A stretch of DNA of 62,306 nt, filler included. It is 4 parts of 4 records of this genome, joined end to end, with 100 filler letters (N's around TTAATTAATTAA, not from the genome) between each part and the next. Parts side by side here need not be neighbours in the genome. Positions count along the whole stretch, not along the records: positions 20,864 to 37,556 come from SRR31156797_8958; positions 37,657 to 52,772 come from SRR31156797_8961; 2 more parts are not named here. One strand, given 5' to 3'. The first letter of the stretch is position 1. Every line of letters starts with the position of its first letter. The translations under genes were made by a program, and so were the position numbers. Below the pieces are notes generated by a model. It had not been told where the DNA came from and did no database searches. It saw only the letters and a program-made list of their open reading frames with translations. This document shows positions 31,066-41,335 of this stretch, piece by piece.

Positions 31066-32223
31066 ATGGAGAAAACTATGATAAACCAAGCAGCTTCACC
31101 AGCGGCTCCGATTTCGTCAACGACTCGAGCACTACGCTGGGCAAACTTGGCTTTCATGATTTATCTACTTTTACTAGCGGTAACAATGGTAGGTAGTGGC
31201 TTTAAATGGGCGACTGGCGAACAAGCCAAAGTTCTATTTGAATTTGCATCTCACCCTATCGCTGGATTAATGATTGGCCTAGTTGCAACAGCACTGATCC
31301 AGTCATCAAGTACAGTAACATCAATCATTGTTGGTTTAGTTGCTGGCGGATTGCCTATTGAAACGGCGATTCCTATGGTGATGGGTGCCAATATTGGTAC
31401 CACTGTTACTAACACCATTGTGAGCCTAGGACATGTTCGATGCAAAGAAGAGTTCAAACGCGCATTCGCAAGTGCGACGATTCATGACTTCTTTAACTTG
31501 CTAGCGGTACTGATCTTCCTACCACTCGAAATTATGTTCGGTATGTTGGAAAAGATCTCTCATTGGCTTGTTTCTCCATTCCTAGCGGGTGGTGACATGA
31601 GTATGAAAGGGCTGAACTTTGTTAAACCGATTACTAAACCAGTTGTAAGTGCAGTCAAACATCAGCTTGACGTTTTCGGTGACGTTTTCGGCGGTGCGGC
31701 ACTGATCATTCTCGGTATCGCGACTATTTTCGTTGCTATTACTGTGATTGGTAAGTTAATGAAGAGCCTGATGGTTGGCCGTGCTCGTGAGATTCTACAG
31801 CATGCGATTGGTCGTGGCCCTTTACATGGTATTGCTTCTGGCACAGTCGTAACTGTTTTGGTTCAATCATCTTCAACCACAACAAGCTTGATGGTTCCAT
31901 TAGTAGGTTCAGGTGTGCTTAAGGTCCGTGATGTTTATCCATTCACGTTAGGTGCGAACATTGGTACTTGTATTACAGCACTATTGGCGGCAACCGCGGT
32001 ATCGGGTGAGTTCGCAGTGTTTGCTCTACAGATTGCCCTAGTACACTTAACCTTTAACGTGCTAGCAACCATCTTTATCTATGGCATTCCATTCTTACGT
32101 GAGATTCCGTTGAAAGGCGCTGACTATATTTCAGATATGGCCGTGAAGAATAAGAGTGTGGTTGCCGGATACTTGCTATCAGTGTTCATTGTTATCCCTG
32201 GTGCAATTTTAGCTTTGTCTTAA
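31066..32223 (+). CDS. nptA: Na+/phosphate symporter
   Basis: Two QSSS...GANIGT repeats of the NaPi-II family. Confidence 0.92.
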   Translation: MEKTMINQAASPAAPISSTTRALRWANLAFMIYLLLLAVTMVGSGFKWATGEQAKVLFEFASHPIAGLMIGLVATALIQSSSTVTSIIVGLVAGGLPIETAIPMVMGANIGTTVTNTIVSLGHVRCKEEFKRAFASATIHDFFNLLAVLIFLPLEIMFGMLEKISHWLVSPFLAGGDMSMKGLNFVKPITKPVVSAVKHQLDVFGDVFGGAALIILGIATIFVAITVIGKLMKSLMVGRAREILQHAIGRGPLHGIASGTVVTVLVQSSSTTTSLMVPLVGSGVLKVRDVYPFTLGANIGTCITALLAATAVSGEFAVFALQIALVHLTFNVLATIFIYGIPFLREIPLKGADYISDMAVKNKSVVAGYLLSVFIVIPGAILALS

Positions 32224-32239
32224 TTTCACCAAAGCTTCT

Positions 32240-32266
32240 AAAGCTCTCCCACAGGAGAGCTTTTTT
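32240..32266 (+). terminator. nptA terminator
   Basis: AAGCTCTCC-CACA-GGAGAGCTT followed by a T-run. Confidence 0.85.
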
Positions 32267-32396
32267 GTGCCTATTAATAAAGTAGATAATCCAAGTTATT
32301 CAGTTAAAAGTGGCAATTTCAAACATTTGGGTTATCATTTTATCTAAGTTTCTTATTTTCATTTCTAACAATAGATATGAAAAACAACAAAAGTTG

Positions 32397-32463
32397 CTTC
32401 GTATAACCCCACTGATAAGGTGTGGGGGTCTCTACCAGGATCCGTAAAATTCTGATTACGAAG
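32397..32463 (+). ncRNA. Purine riboswitch aptamer, adenine-sensing
   Basis: P1 CTTCGTA/TACGAAG, J1/2 TA(A), P2 CCCCAC/GTGGGG with loop TGATAAGG, J2/3 TCTCTAC, P3 with loop CCGTAAA, J3/1 GAT with U at the discriminator; upstream of add. Confidence 0.93.
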
Positions 32464-32644
32464 AGTTAAGCGAATTGATGATCGCTTTTCTCTTTGTATG
32501 GACTCCATTTACCCCACTGACCTATAAGAAGGTAATGAGGGTAAACACCACTCAAAATGAAAAGCGATTAATCCAAACTAAATGGAGCACAGCAGCCACC
32601 AGCGCCACTGTCACTTCAAGTAGCCAGAGAGGTTAAGAGCACTT

Positions 32645-33652
32645 ATGAAACAATTTATCCAACAACTACCTAAAGTCGAACTTCATCTTCATATTGAAGG
32701 TTCTCTAGAGCCTGAACTGATGTTTGAACTTGCCAAACGCAACCAAATCGATATTCCCTTCTCCTCTCCTGAAGAAGTACGTTCTGCATATCAATTCTCT
32801 AATCTACAGTCTTTTCTTGATATTTATTATCAAGGCGCAAACGTACTGATCCACGAACAAGATTTCTTCGACTTAACCTGGGCTTACCTACTGCGCTGTA
32901 AACAGGATAACGTTATCCATACTGAGATTTTCTTTGACCCACAAACCCATACTGACCGTGGAATTGCGTTTGAAACTGTAATTAATGGTATTAGTGGCGC
33001 GCTTGAAAAAGCAGAAAAAGAGCTCGGTATTTCCAGCCAAATCATTATGTGCTTCCTGCGCCACCTGAGTGAGCCAGCAGCCATGGAAACATTACTGAAA
33101 GCTCTGCCATTCAAAGACAAGATAATTGGTGTAGGTTTAGACTCTTCAGAGCAAGGTCATCCACCAGAGAAGTTCCAGAATGTGTTTAACGAAGCAAAAA
33201 AAGCAGGCTTTATTACTGTTGCTCACGCGGGAGAGGAAGGCCCAGCACTGAATATTCGTAATGCTATCGATTTACTCGGGGTACAACGCGTCGATCACGG
33301 CGTTCGCTGTGTTGAAGATCCAGCTCTTGTTAAAGAGCTCAAACAATCCCGTATGCCTCTTACAGTTTGTCCTCTATCGAACTTGAAACTCAAAGTCTTC
33401 GAGCAAATGGAACAGCACAATATTGTGGATCTGCTTCGTCAGGGACTTTGTGTCACCATTAACTCCGATGACCCAGCCTACTTCGGTGGTTATATGACAG
33501 ATAACTTCAATGCCGTTGCAGACGCACACCCTATGAGCTACGAAGAACTTGCTCAGTTCACTCTTAATGCGATTGAAGCCAGCTTCATTTCAGATTCAGA
33601 GAAAGAGAGAATGATGACTAAAACTCAACAGTATCTGGCTCAATATTTATAA
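32645..33652 (+). CDS. add: Adenosine/adenine deaminase
   Basis: [34 protein letters not shown]. Confidence 0.93.
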   Translation: MKQFIQQLPKVELHLHIEGSLEPELMFELAKRNQIDIPFSSPEEVRSAYQFSNLQSFLDIYYQGANVLIHEQDFFDLTWAYLLRCKQDNVIHTEIFFDPQTHTDRGIAFETVINGISGALEKAEKELGISSQIIMCFLRHLSEPAAMETLLKALPFKDKIIGVGLDSSEQGHPPEKFQNVFNEAKKAGFITVAHAGEEGPALNIRNAIDLLGVQRVDHGVRCVEDPALVKELKQSRMPLTVCPLSNLKLKVFEQMEQHNIVDLLRQGLCVTINSDDPAYFGGYMTDNFNAVADAHPMSYEELAQFTLNAIEASFISDSEKERMMTKTQQYLAQYL

Positions 33653-33668
33653 TTAGATTCAGAGCAGA

Positions 33669-33693
33669 CAAAAGGAGCATAAAGCTCCTTTTG
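33669..33693. terminator. Bidirectional terminator
   Basis: CAAAAGGAGC-ATAAA-GCTCCTTTTG between convergent genes. Confidence 0.8.
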
Positions 33694-33709
33694 TTTTTTA
33701 AATCTAGCG

Positions 33710-34804
33710 CTACAAAACTTTAGGTGTAATCACAACACAAGCGGTATGCTTCTGTTTACCAAAACCGAGTATTTGGCAAAGTGCTTTCTTACCCACAGGG
33801 ATAAACGCAGAAGCAACCGCGTGTTGTTCTGATTCCGCATGCGGGTCATGAAAGAAGAAGAACTTATCACTCATACCGCTGAGCACTATCCAATGTGGTT
33901 CTTTTTTTCCATCAAAACGATAGGTACTGATAAGAAGCAACACACAAGCCCCTTGGTTTACCCACTCTTCTAACTGCTCCTGACTTGGCGGCGCTTCAAT
34001 TGTTGTCACATCTTCTGTTAACAACTGCTGGCAAAAATCCTGATGCACCAATTCGATGACAGCTTTCTTATTAGCATCGCGCACACTGTCAATAAACGGC
34101 GTGCCTTTCGACTGGCTCCATAACTCCACATGAAAGCCTCGCCTTGCCGCAGCCAAAGCTAACCCCTGTCCGCTGCAGCCTCCGTGACCGGCAGCCATAA
34201 AGATGGTTGTCGCTTCTCTCCACAATTGCATCTCTTGCGTTCTTGAGGGTTCAAAGCTTTTATCCAGATACGAAAAGCTCATTAACAGGCAAGCTGCACC
34301 GCAGGTAAATGGTGTTGTTTGGACATATAAAGGCAGCGGTAACTGTACTTTAGGGCCATGAGGCGTGAGGCGTTTTTGCATCCTTCGACCATCACAGAGA
34401 TCGTCGTAATAATGGATCAGCAATTTCAGGGTTTTATAGCCCATTTTTTCATATAAATTTATCGCTGCCGTATTGTCTTCTCGCACTTCTAGTCGTAATG
34501 TAGTGGCACCTTGATCAAGAGCAGCACGCTCGCATTGCTCAACCAAATTTTGAGCAATTCTCCGGCCTCTGAAATCAGGTTTAACGGCAATTGAATACAA
34601 TCTTGATAGCTGTGTACCTTGATGAAATAGTAGCAATGCATATCCAGCCAGTTCCTCACCAGAATCTGCCACAAAAATGACAGCTTGGTTGGAGTGTAAA
34701 AAACGCTTCATTTGACGCGGAGAGATTTTATCCCCTTCAAATAGCTGTTGTTCTAACGCATTAAGCGCAGTGAGATCAGCACTTTTCGCAAGACGAAAGT
34801 CCAT
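33710..34804 (-). CDS. RimI-like GNAT acetyltransferase fused to a peptidase C39-like (DUF3335-type) domain
   Basis: RLYSIAV..DFRGRRIA, LEVREDN..AINLYEKMGY; then YVQTTPFTCGAACL (Cys), EPHWIV (His), HDP (Asp). Confidence 0.85.
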   Translation of the reverse strand: MDFRLAKSADLTALNALEQQLFEGDKISPRQMKRFLHSNQAVIFVADSGEELAGYALLLFHQGTQLSRLYSIAVKPDFRGRRIAQNLVEQCERAALDQGATTLRLEVREDNTAAINLYEKMGYKTLKLLIHYYDDLCDGRRMQKRLTPHGPKVQLPLPLYVQTTPFTCGAACLLMSFSYLDKSFEPSRTQEMQLWREATTIFMAAGHGGCSGQGLALAAARRGFHVELWSQSKGTPFIDSVRDANKKAVIELVHQDFCQQLLTEDVTTIEAPPSQEQLEEWVNQGACVLLLISTYRFDGKKEPHWIVLSGMSDKFFFFHDPHAESEQHAVASAFIPVGKKALCQILGFGKQKHTACVVITPKVL

Positions 34805-35009
34805 ACGATGTCCTTAAGAAATTAAGCAAGATTGCGGTTCAATATTACACCCAAAGCCAATAAACAGCAGCCTGACAAACAACAAATATTTTTGAACCTT
34901 GGACTACACTTAGACAGTTCAAAAATCCCAATATGTAAGACTGTTAAATTGATTATGGCTTCGAGGATTACCTTTGGGCTTAAGCCCTAGCGTGAGGAAT
35001 TAAAACAAT

Positions 35010-36461
35010 ATGGCAAACCTTTTAATCGTGACAGACCAAGCCAGCGACTGGCAACAATACTTCCCTTCTGAGCAAGTGGTCAGCGTCGCTCAGTACCTTG
35101 ATGCTGATTGGAAAAATAACTTCCGCAGCGTTCAAGTGGTCAACTTATGTCGTGATTATGATTACATGAGCAACGGTTATTACTGTTCTCTGATGGCAGA
35201 AGCTCGTGGTCACCGAGTGATCCCAAGAGTCATGGCGATTAACGATATTAATCAGCCATTTCTGCTGTCATCAGGTTTACTGAAACTCAATAAGCTGTGT
35301 AAAAACACTGACTCGATTCAGTGTAAGATTTATTTCGGACGTACACCTGAGGCAGGCTTAGACAAACTTGCCCGTCGTCTGTTTGAACAGTTCATGGTGC
35401 CAGTCATCGAGCTTAAAATGCACAAGTATCAGGGGCAATGGCAGATCAGTACCATCGCGCCTTACCCTTTCCAAGATTTAGAAGATCAAGAGCAAGACTT
35501 CTTTATCGAATCACTAGAGATGTTCTCAACCAAGGTTTGGCGTAAACCGAAACAAGAGAAAAAGTATCGCTATGATGTTGCTATGCTGGTTGATCCTGAA
35601 GAGAAAATGCCCCCTTCAGATGCATCAGCGTTAAAACGATTCAAGCGTGCAGCAAACCGTTTGGGTATGAACTTAGAAACCATTTCACCGGATGATTTAT
35701 CACGTTTAGGTGAGTTTGACGGCTTATTCATTCGCGCAACAACCAACATCAGCAACTTCACTTATCGCTTTGCCAAAACTGCCGAGAAAATGGGCTTAGT
35801 GGTGATGGACGATTCTGAGTCCATCATGAAATGTACCAACAAGGTATTTCTGACTGAACTATTGCAACGTAACAATGTTCCGGCACCAAAAGGGGTGATT
35901 GTAAAAAGCTTCGATAGTGAGTGGAAACAAAACCTACTTTCTCAACTTGAACTGCCGATGGTGTTAAAAATCCCAGACGGCGCATTCTCTCGTGGCGTGG
36001 TAAAGGTAAAAACCGAAGAAGAGTTAGTAAAAGAAGCATCCACTTTATTTGAAAAAAGTGCGCTTATTCTGGCCCAAGCCTTTATGCCTACGGACTTTGA
36101 CTGGCGCATCGGCGTAATGAACCGTCAGCCAATTTTCGCTTGTAAGTACATGATGAGCCGTGGTCACTGGCAAATTTATCAACACCATAACAGCGGTAGA
36201 GTCTCTTCCGGTGGTTTTGAAACCCTCGACTTAAAACAGGTACCTAAAAACGTCGTCGATGTGGCAGTAAAAGCCGCCAACTTAATCGGTGGTGGATTGT
36301 ATGGTGTTGACTTAAAAGAGATTGATGGCCAAGTTTATGTTATCGAAGTGAACGATAACCCGAGTATCGACCACCATGTAGAAGATGCCTTCTTGGGCGA
36401 TCTACTGTACGACCGAGTAATGACTGAATTTCTGCGTCGCATTCAGATGCGCGGGTTCTAA
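35010..36461 (+). CDS. RimK-family ATP-grasp ligase with RLAN N-terminal domain
   Basis: VVNLCRDYDYMSNGYYCSLMAEARGH (RLAN); VLKIPDGAFSRGV, DWRIG, GVDLKE, IEVNDNPSID. Confidence 0.88.
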   Translation: MANLLIVTDQASDWQQYFPSEQVVSVAQYLDADWKNNFRSVQVVNLCRDYDYMSNGYYCSLMAEARGHRVIPRVMAINDINQPFLLSSGLLKLNKLCKNTDSIQCKIYFGRTPEAGLDKLARRLFEQFMVPVIELKMHKYQGQWQISTIAPYPFQDLEDQEQDFFIESLEMFSTKVWRKPKQEKKYRYDVAMLVDPEEKMPPSDASALKRFKRAANRLGMNLETISPDDLSRLGEFDGLFIRATTNISNFTYRFAKTAEKMGLVVMDDSESIMKCTNKVFLTELLQRNNVPAPKGVIVKSFDSEWKQNLLSQLELPMVLKIPDGAFSRGVVKVKTEEELVKEASTLFEKSALILAQAFMPTDFDWRIGVMNRQPIFACKYMMSRGHWQIYQHHNSGRVSSGGFETLDLKQVPKNVVDVAVKAANLIGGGLYGVDLKEIDGQVYVIEVNDNPSIDHHVEDAFLGDLLYDRVMTEFLRRIQMRGF

Positions 36462-36529
36462 AACTATAAAAAATACTATGACTCGCTCCCATACTTAACA
36501 GGTGAGCGAGTCATAACAAAAGGAAAGCT

Positions 36530-37468
36530 ATGGATTTTTTAATCGACCAATGGCAGTTTTCACAGCAACAGCCCACACAATTACACAACTCAGCAGCATC
36601 CATTGAAGCGCACAACTGGTATCACTGTCAGCGAGATCTTCCGGGCGTAAGAGAGTGGTTGGTCAGCAACAATATTCCCGCATCCATTATTGATAGCTTG
36701 CTAGCAGAAGATACTCGACCATTGTTTGAGCAGTACGATGAGCAAAGCTTTTTGCTGATTCTACGTGGTGTAAATCTCAATGAAAATGCCGATCCCGCAG
36801 ATATGCTCAGTATCCGTATCCTCTATTATCAAGGTGCATTGATCTCAACTCGTAAAATCCCATCGAAAACGATCAATGCTATTCGAATCAATCTTCAGCA
36901 AGGAAATGGCCCGAAAACCATCCCCGATTTGGTAGTCAACATTATCGATGGATTAAGCAAGAACATTGATAACTACCTCAACTCGGTTGAAGAGAGAATC
37001 GAAGCTTTTGATAGCCAATTGGAGCTGAGTGATGAGTTAATGAACACTCACAAAGCGCTACTAAAAATCAAACGTTTTATCAAACCTCAACAATACGCGA
37101 TTGATGACTACCTAACGTCTGATGTGCCATTAGCAAATGCGAAAAATATGCGCCTTCGCCACAGCGTAAACACCATTACCCGCATTAACGAAACCTTAGA
37201 CTTCTTCTTAAGTGAATTAGAAATCATTAAAGGTGAACTACGCCAATATCATGCTGAGAAAATGAACCAGAATACCTATCTGTTTTCGGTTATCGCCGCC
37301 ATTTTCTTGCCGACCAGTTTCTTAACCGGCCTGTTAGGTGTTAACGTAGGGGGAATTCCCGGTACAGAATCTCCAGTCGCATTTGGGCTATTCTGCTTTG
37401 GATTGCTCGGCATTTTCGCTCTGGAGTTTTGGATTTTAAAACGGCTGCAGTTTTTCTCTAAAAACTAA
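36530..37468 (+). CDS. zntB: CorA-family zinc transporter ZntB
   Basis: LLAEDTRP, FLPTSFLTGLLGVNVGGIPG (GVN motif); two C-terminal TMs. Confidence 0.85.
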   Translation: MDFLIDQWQFSQQQPTQLHNSAASIEAHNWYHCQRDLPGVREWLVSNNIPASIIDSLLAEDTRPLFEQYDEQSFLLILRGVNLNENADPADMLSIRILYYQGALISTRKIPSKTINAIRINLQQGNGPKTIPDLVVNIIDGLSKNIDNYLNSVEERIEAFDSQLELSDELMNTHKALLKIKRFIKPQQYAIDDYLTSDVPLANAKNMRLRHSVNTITRINETLDFFLSELEIIKGELRQYHAEKMNQNTYLFSVIAAIFLPTSFLTGLLGVNVGGIPGTESPVAFGLFCFGLLGIFALEFWILKRLQFFSKN

Positions 37469-37556
37469 CTAATGTTTTGAATGACTTCTTCCCGTGACCA
37501 AAGAGTGCGGTCAACGTAGGTAAAAAGACAAATAGGAAGAGTTACTCAAACTAGTT

Positions 37557-37656
37557 NNNNNNNNNNNNNNNNNNNNNNNNNNNNNNNNNNNNNNNNNNNN
37601 TTAATTAATTAANNNNNNNNNNNNNNNNNNNNNNNNNNNNNNNNNNNNNNNNNNNN
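37557..37656. other. Artificial contig spacer
   Basis: N-run with TTAATTAATTAA. Confidence 0.98.
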
Positions 37657-37685
37657 CGATGGTTCGAATCCGTCCCCCTCCACCA
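37657..37685 (+). tRNA. 3' fragment of a tRNA, probably tRNA-Tyr; truncated by contig start
   Basis: T-arm GATGG-TTCGAAT-CCGTC, acceptor strand CCCCTCC, then A-CCA; identity from recalled Vibrio tRNA-Tyr sequence, anticodon not visible. Confidence 0.8.
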
Positions 37686-37690
37686 TCTAC

Positions 37691-37720
37691 GAAAAGCCAG
37701 CTCATTGAGCTGGCTTTTTT
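37691..37720 (+). terminator. Terminator after tRNA
   Basis: AAAAGCCAGCTC-ATT-GAGCTGGCTTTTTT. Confidence 0.85.
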
Positions 37721-37757
37721 CATATCTGTACTTTGTACTACCTCGAAAAATTTCTGC

Positions 37758-37782
37758 AAAAAAGCCTCCATTTAGGAGGCTT
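37758..37782 (-). terminator. Probable treBC terminator
   Basis: AAGCCTCC-ATTTA-GGAGGCTT with an A-run on the + side. Confidence 0.7.
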
Positions 37783-37821
37783 GGCACATTGAGACTATAG
37801 GGGGTGCTCAAATGAATTTAT

Positions 37822-39507
37822 CTAACTGTCTATCAGGATAACTCTTGTTTCGTAAGGTCTAAGAATCTGCTTCCGAGCTACAGATTGTTTCTCTATATCG
37901 GGATAGTTACCCAACAAATAACGCGCGTGTTCGAATTCAATATCAGCAGATAATTCACACTCAGCTTCTTCACGATAATAATTGTTTAAACAAATCAGAG
38001 TTTGGTGGTCACTGCGGCGCTGATACGCAAAAACCTGTTTATGGTCAGGAAATAAATCGAGATAGTCACCCTCCGTAATAACCGCGATTTCTTTTCGTAA
38101 CTGAATCAGTTTCTGGTAATAGTAGAAAACAGAATTGTTGTTTTTAAGTGCTTGTTCAGCATTGATTTCTACATAGTTGTCAGCCACTGACAACCAAGGC
38201 TCCCCCGCGCTAAACCCCGCGTTTTCAGCACTGCTCCACTGCATCGGTGTTCGTGAGTTATCACGAGATTTTTGCGCCAAAATGGCTAGCATATCTTGTT
38301 CGCTCACACCCTGCTGATTCACCATGATGTCGTACATATTGGTGCTTTCTACATCGCGATATTGAGAAATTGAAGTATAGCCCGGATTGGTCATCCCAAT
38401 TTCTTCCCCTTGGTAGATGTAAGGGGTTCCTTGCATCATATGCACTGAAGTCGCAAGCATCTTCGCGGATTCAACCCGATATTCAGTATCGTTACCTAAA
38501 CGACTGACAACACGGGGTTGGTCATGGTTACACCAGAATAACGCTCCCCATCCTTTGCCGTTTAACCCTGTTTGCCAATGATTAAACACCTGCTTGAGTT
38601 GGATAAAATCAAATGGCGCTTTGGTCCATTTTTCACCATTCGGATAATCGGCTTTCAAATGATGAAAGTTAAACACCATCGAAAGTTCTTTGTTATCTAA
38701 CGAAGAATACTGCAGGCAATGTTCTAACCTAGTCGATGACATTTCACCAACCGTCACACTGCCATATTTTTGGAAAACATCGCGGCTGATCTCTTGTAAA
38801 TACTCATGAACCCGAGGTCCATCGGTATAAAAACGGCGACCATCACCGATATCATCATCAGGGAAATCTTGCTGTTTAGATATCAGGTTAATCACATCCA
38901 ATCTAAATCCATCAACTCCCTTTTCCGCCCAAAAGCTGATCACGTTTTTTACTTCTTGGCGAACAACCGGATTTTCCCAGTTTAAATCGGCTTGCTCAGT
39001 AGCAAACAAGTGCAGATAGTACTCACCGGTTTGTTCGTCCAATGCCCAAGCACTACCACCGAATTTGGATTGCCAGTTATTCGGTACGTGACCATCAACG
39101 GGTGGTTTCCAAATAAAGTAATCACGGTAAGGACTATTTTTGTCACCTAGGGCAGATTGGAACCAAGCGTGCTGTGTGGAGGTATGATTAACCACAATAT
39201 CCATAATGATACGGATCCCTCTCTGATGCGCTTGAGCCAGCAAGCTATCAAAGTCATCCATCGTTCCAAACTCCGGATTAATTGAATAGTAGTCGGAAAT
39301 ATCATAACCGTTATCGACCATCGGTGACTCATACACTGGGGTTAGCCAAATGGCATCAACACCCAGAGTCTTGAGATAGTCCAGCTTAGAAATTATTCCC
39401 TGAATATCACCAGTACCTTTTGCTCCACTATCACAAAAGCTCTTAGGATAGATTTGATAGATTGATGCGGTTTTCCACCAATCTGCGTTTCTGTTTACCA
39501 TCGTCAT
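37822..39507 (-). CDS. treC: Trehalose-6-phosphate hydrolase (GH13)
   Basis: YQIYPKSF, GFRLDVINL, VGEMSS, NHDQPR, SRDNSRTPMQW; downstream of treB. Confidence 0.93.
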   Translation of the reverse strand: MTMVNRNADWWKTASIYQIYPKSFCDSGAKGTGDIQGIISKLDYLKTLGVDAIWLTPVYESPMVDNGYDISDYYSINPEFGTMDDFDSLLAQAHQRGIRIIMDIVVNHTSTQHAWFQSALGDKNSPYRDYFIWKPPVDGHVPNNWQSKFGGSAWALDEQTGEYYLHLFATEQADLNWENPVVRQEVKNVISFWAEKGVDGFRLDVINLISKQQDFPDDDIGDGRRFYTDGPRVHEYLQEISRDVFQKYGSVTVGEMSSTRLEHCLQYSSLDNKELSMVFNFHHLKADYPNGEKWTKAPFDFIQLKQVFNHWQTGLNGKGWGALFWCNHDQPRVVSRLGNDTEYRVESAKMLATSVHMMQGTPYIYQGEEIGMTNPGYTSISQYRDVESTNMYDIMVNQQGVSEQDMLAILAQKSRDNSRTPMQWSSAENAGFSAGEPWLSVADNYVEINAEQALKNNNSVFYYYQKLIQLRKEIAVITEGDYLDLFPDHKQVFAYQRRSDHQTLICLNNYYREEAECELSADIEFEHARYLLGNYPDIEKQSVARKQILRPYETRVILIDS

Positions 39508-39606
39508 TGCGACACCCACTTACCTAAATAAAAATCGAAAAGGGAGTGGCTGAGCTTTGTTGACCAAGCTTTTTTGATCAAAGACCTAGGCCACTCCAAA
39601 AAGAAG

Positions 39607-41031
39607 TTATACAGAAACCGCTTCTAGCTCACCTTTAGATTGAGCTCGCTTGTACATAAGAAGTGTTAGAGCCGCTGGTACGGCAATCGCGACCGCCATA
39701 GCTAATAAGTACACCGCCCAATATTGAGGTTGGATGGAGAGAATGCCCGGCAGACCACCAACACCGATACCATTTGCCATTACGCCAGCGCCACCACAGA
39801 TACCCGCCGCAATGGCACTACCAATCATGGCACTCAACATCGGGAACTTGTATTTAAGGTTAATCCCGTACATGGCAGGTTCAGTAACACCTAAGTAAGC
39901 TGAAATGGCTGCCGGAACAGAAATATCACGCTCTCCATGCTTTTTACTGATTAAGATAATCCCTACAACTGCAGAAGCCTGTGCAATGTTAGACAGTGCG
40001 ATTAATGGCCAGATAGGTGTGCCACCCAGATCTTGCATTAATTGTAAATCGACAGCGTTGGTTGTGTGATGAATCCCAGTGATCACCAATGGCGCATATA
40101 AGAAACCAAATACCATTGAACCCAGAACTGCAAAATCTCCTGTCATTGCCGCTTTCGCTGCAATACCAACGCCATCACCTAGCATGCGACCAAATGGACC
40201 AATCAGCGCGTGAGACAGAATGACGGCCAAAATCAAGGATACAAAGGGAACAACGACAAGGTATAAATAAGCAGGAATAATGCGTTTGAGGCTGTTTTCG
40301 ATGAAAGCCAGAACCACACCAGCCAAAATTGCCGGTATAACCTGAGCCTGATATCCCACTTTCTCGATTACGAACAGACCAAAATCCCACACTTCAGGGA
40401 CTTGCTTACCAATTAGATAGGCATTCATCAGTTGAGGGGAAACCAGCGTGACACCCAAAGTAATACCCAAGATCGGTGTTCCACCCAGTTTTCTCACGGT
40501 CGACCAACACACACCAACAGGTAGGAAGAAGAAGATCGCTTCACCAATCAACCATAAAAATGAGTGGACACTTGCCCAGAACTGACTGATTTCCGTTAAT
40601 GTCTGGCCATCAAACATTTTGATATCACCAATGACATTTCGGAAACCCAAAATCAAACCACCAGTGATGATTGCAGGAAGTAGCGGTACAAAAATTTCAG
40701 CAAGATGAGAAATACCGCGTTCCAGTAGGTTCATGTTTTGACGAGCCGCCAGTTTAGCGTCATCTTTTGAAGCGCCTTCCTGACCGGTAACCTCTAGCAA
40801 TACTTTAAACACTTGATCGACTTCAGTACCAATCACAACCTGAAACTGGCCGGCGTTAGTAAAACAGCCTTTAACCAGACTGAGTGCTTCCAGCCCTTTC
40901 TTATCAGCCTTATCTGGTTCGTTAAGAACAAAACGTAGCCGTGTTAAGCAGTGGCTAACACTCGCAATATTACTCTCTCCGCCAACTAATTCGACAAGAC
41001 GTTCGACATCTTGTCTTGCTATTTTACTCAT
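39607..41031 (-). CDS. treB: PTS trehalose-specific EIIBC
   Basis: HCLTRLRF phospho-Cys motif, GIHHTT, LGVTEPAMYG; start set to MSKIAR. Confidence 0.93.
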   Translation of the reverse strand: MSKIARQDVERLVELVGGESNIASVSHCLTRLRFVLNEPDKADKKGLEALSLVKGCFTNAGQFQVVIGTEVDQVFKVLLEVTGQEGASKDDAKLAARQNMNLLERGISHLAEIFVPLLPAIITGGLILGFRNVIGDIKMFDGQTLTEISQFWASVHSFLWLIGEAIFFFLPVGVCWSTVRKLGGTPILGITLGVTLVSPQLMNAYLIGKQVPEVWDFGLFVIEKVGYQAQVIPAILAGVVLAFIENSLKRIIPAYLYLVVVPFVSLILAVILSHALIGPFGRMLGDGVGIAAKAAMTGDFAVLGSMVFGFLYAPLVITGIHHTTNAVDLQLMQDLGGTPIWPLIALSNIAQASAVVGIILISKKHGERDISVPAAISAYLGVTEPAMYGINLKYKFPMLSAMIGSAIAAGICGGAGVMANGIGVGGLPGILSIQPQYWAVYLLAMAVAIAVPAALTLLMYKRAQSKGELEAVSV

Positions 41032-41136
41032 ACCCTCGTCCACCCTATTGGTTATGTGCCAAGTGATTTCAAGATACAGCGAACTCATCATGTTGAGATA
41101 ACTTGAACACAAATATTATATTAGTTGAATATACAA

Positions 41137-41207
41137 TGGGAACATTCCCACAAAATGTAAGAGAATACTGACACAACTTGATTAAGTTAAAAATGGGAAC
41201 AGTCCCA
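41137..41207. promoter_or_regulatory. Two TreR operators
   Basis: TGGGAACATTCCCA (41137-41150) and TGGGAACAGTCCCA (41194-41207), LacI-type palindromes upstream of treB. Confidence 0.8.
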
Positions 41208-41210
41208 TAA

Positions 41211-41226
41211 ATTGAGAATGATCACA
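41211..41226 (-). promoter_or_regulatory. CRP site
   Basis: TGTGA-TCATTC-TCAAT on the minus strand upstream of a PTS operon. Confidence 0.6.
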
Positions 41227-41335
41227 TCCAGTGGGATGGTTTTGTTAGAAATGACACAAATAGTGGAATAAAACGGGACAAGAAAAGGATCATTCTTATT
41301 AGACTGAAGAACCGATCCTTATGACCAACAATAAG

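Noticed and set aside
29770-31066. nhaR without an adjacent nhaA
   Set aside because: nptA-nhaR-hlyU-rpsT is the usual Vibrio arrangement as far as I recall.
37657-37720. tRNA 3' fragment as an attR of an integrated element
   Set aside because: It is truncated by the contig edge, followed by a normal terminator and core genes, and no integrase is present.
37605-37811. 68-aa ORF running into Ns
   Set aside because: It is antisense to the tRNA end and terminator and extends into the spacer.
39543-39597. GGAGTGGC/GCCACTCC stem between treB and treC
   Set aside because: Probably an ordinary intercistronic stabilising hairpin; nothing further supports novelty.
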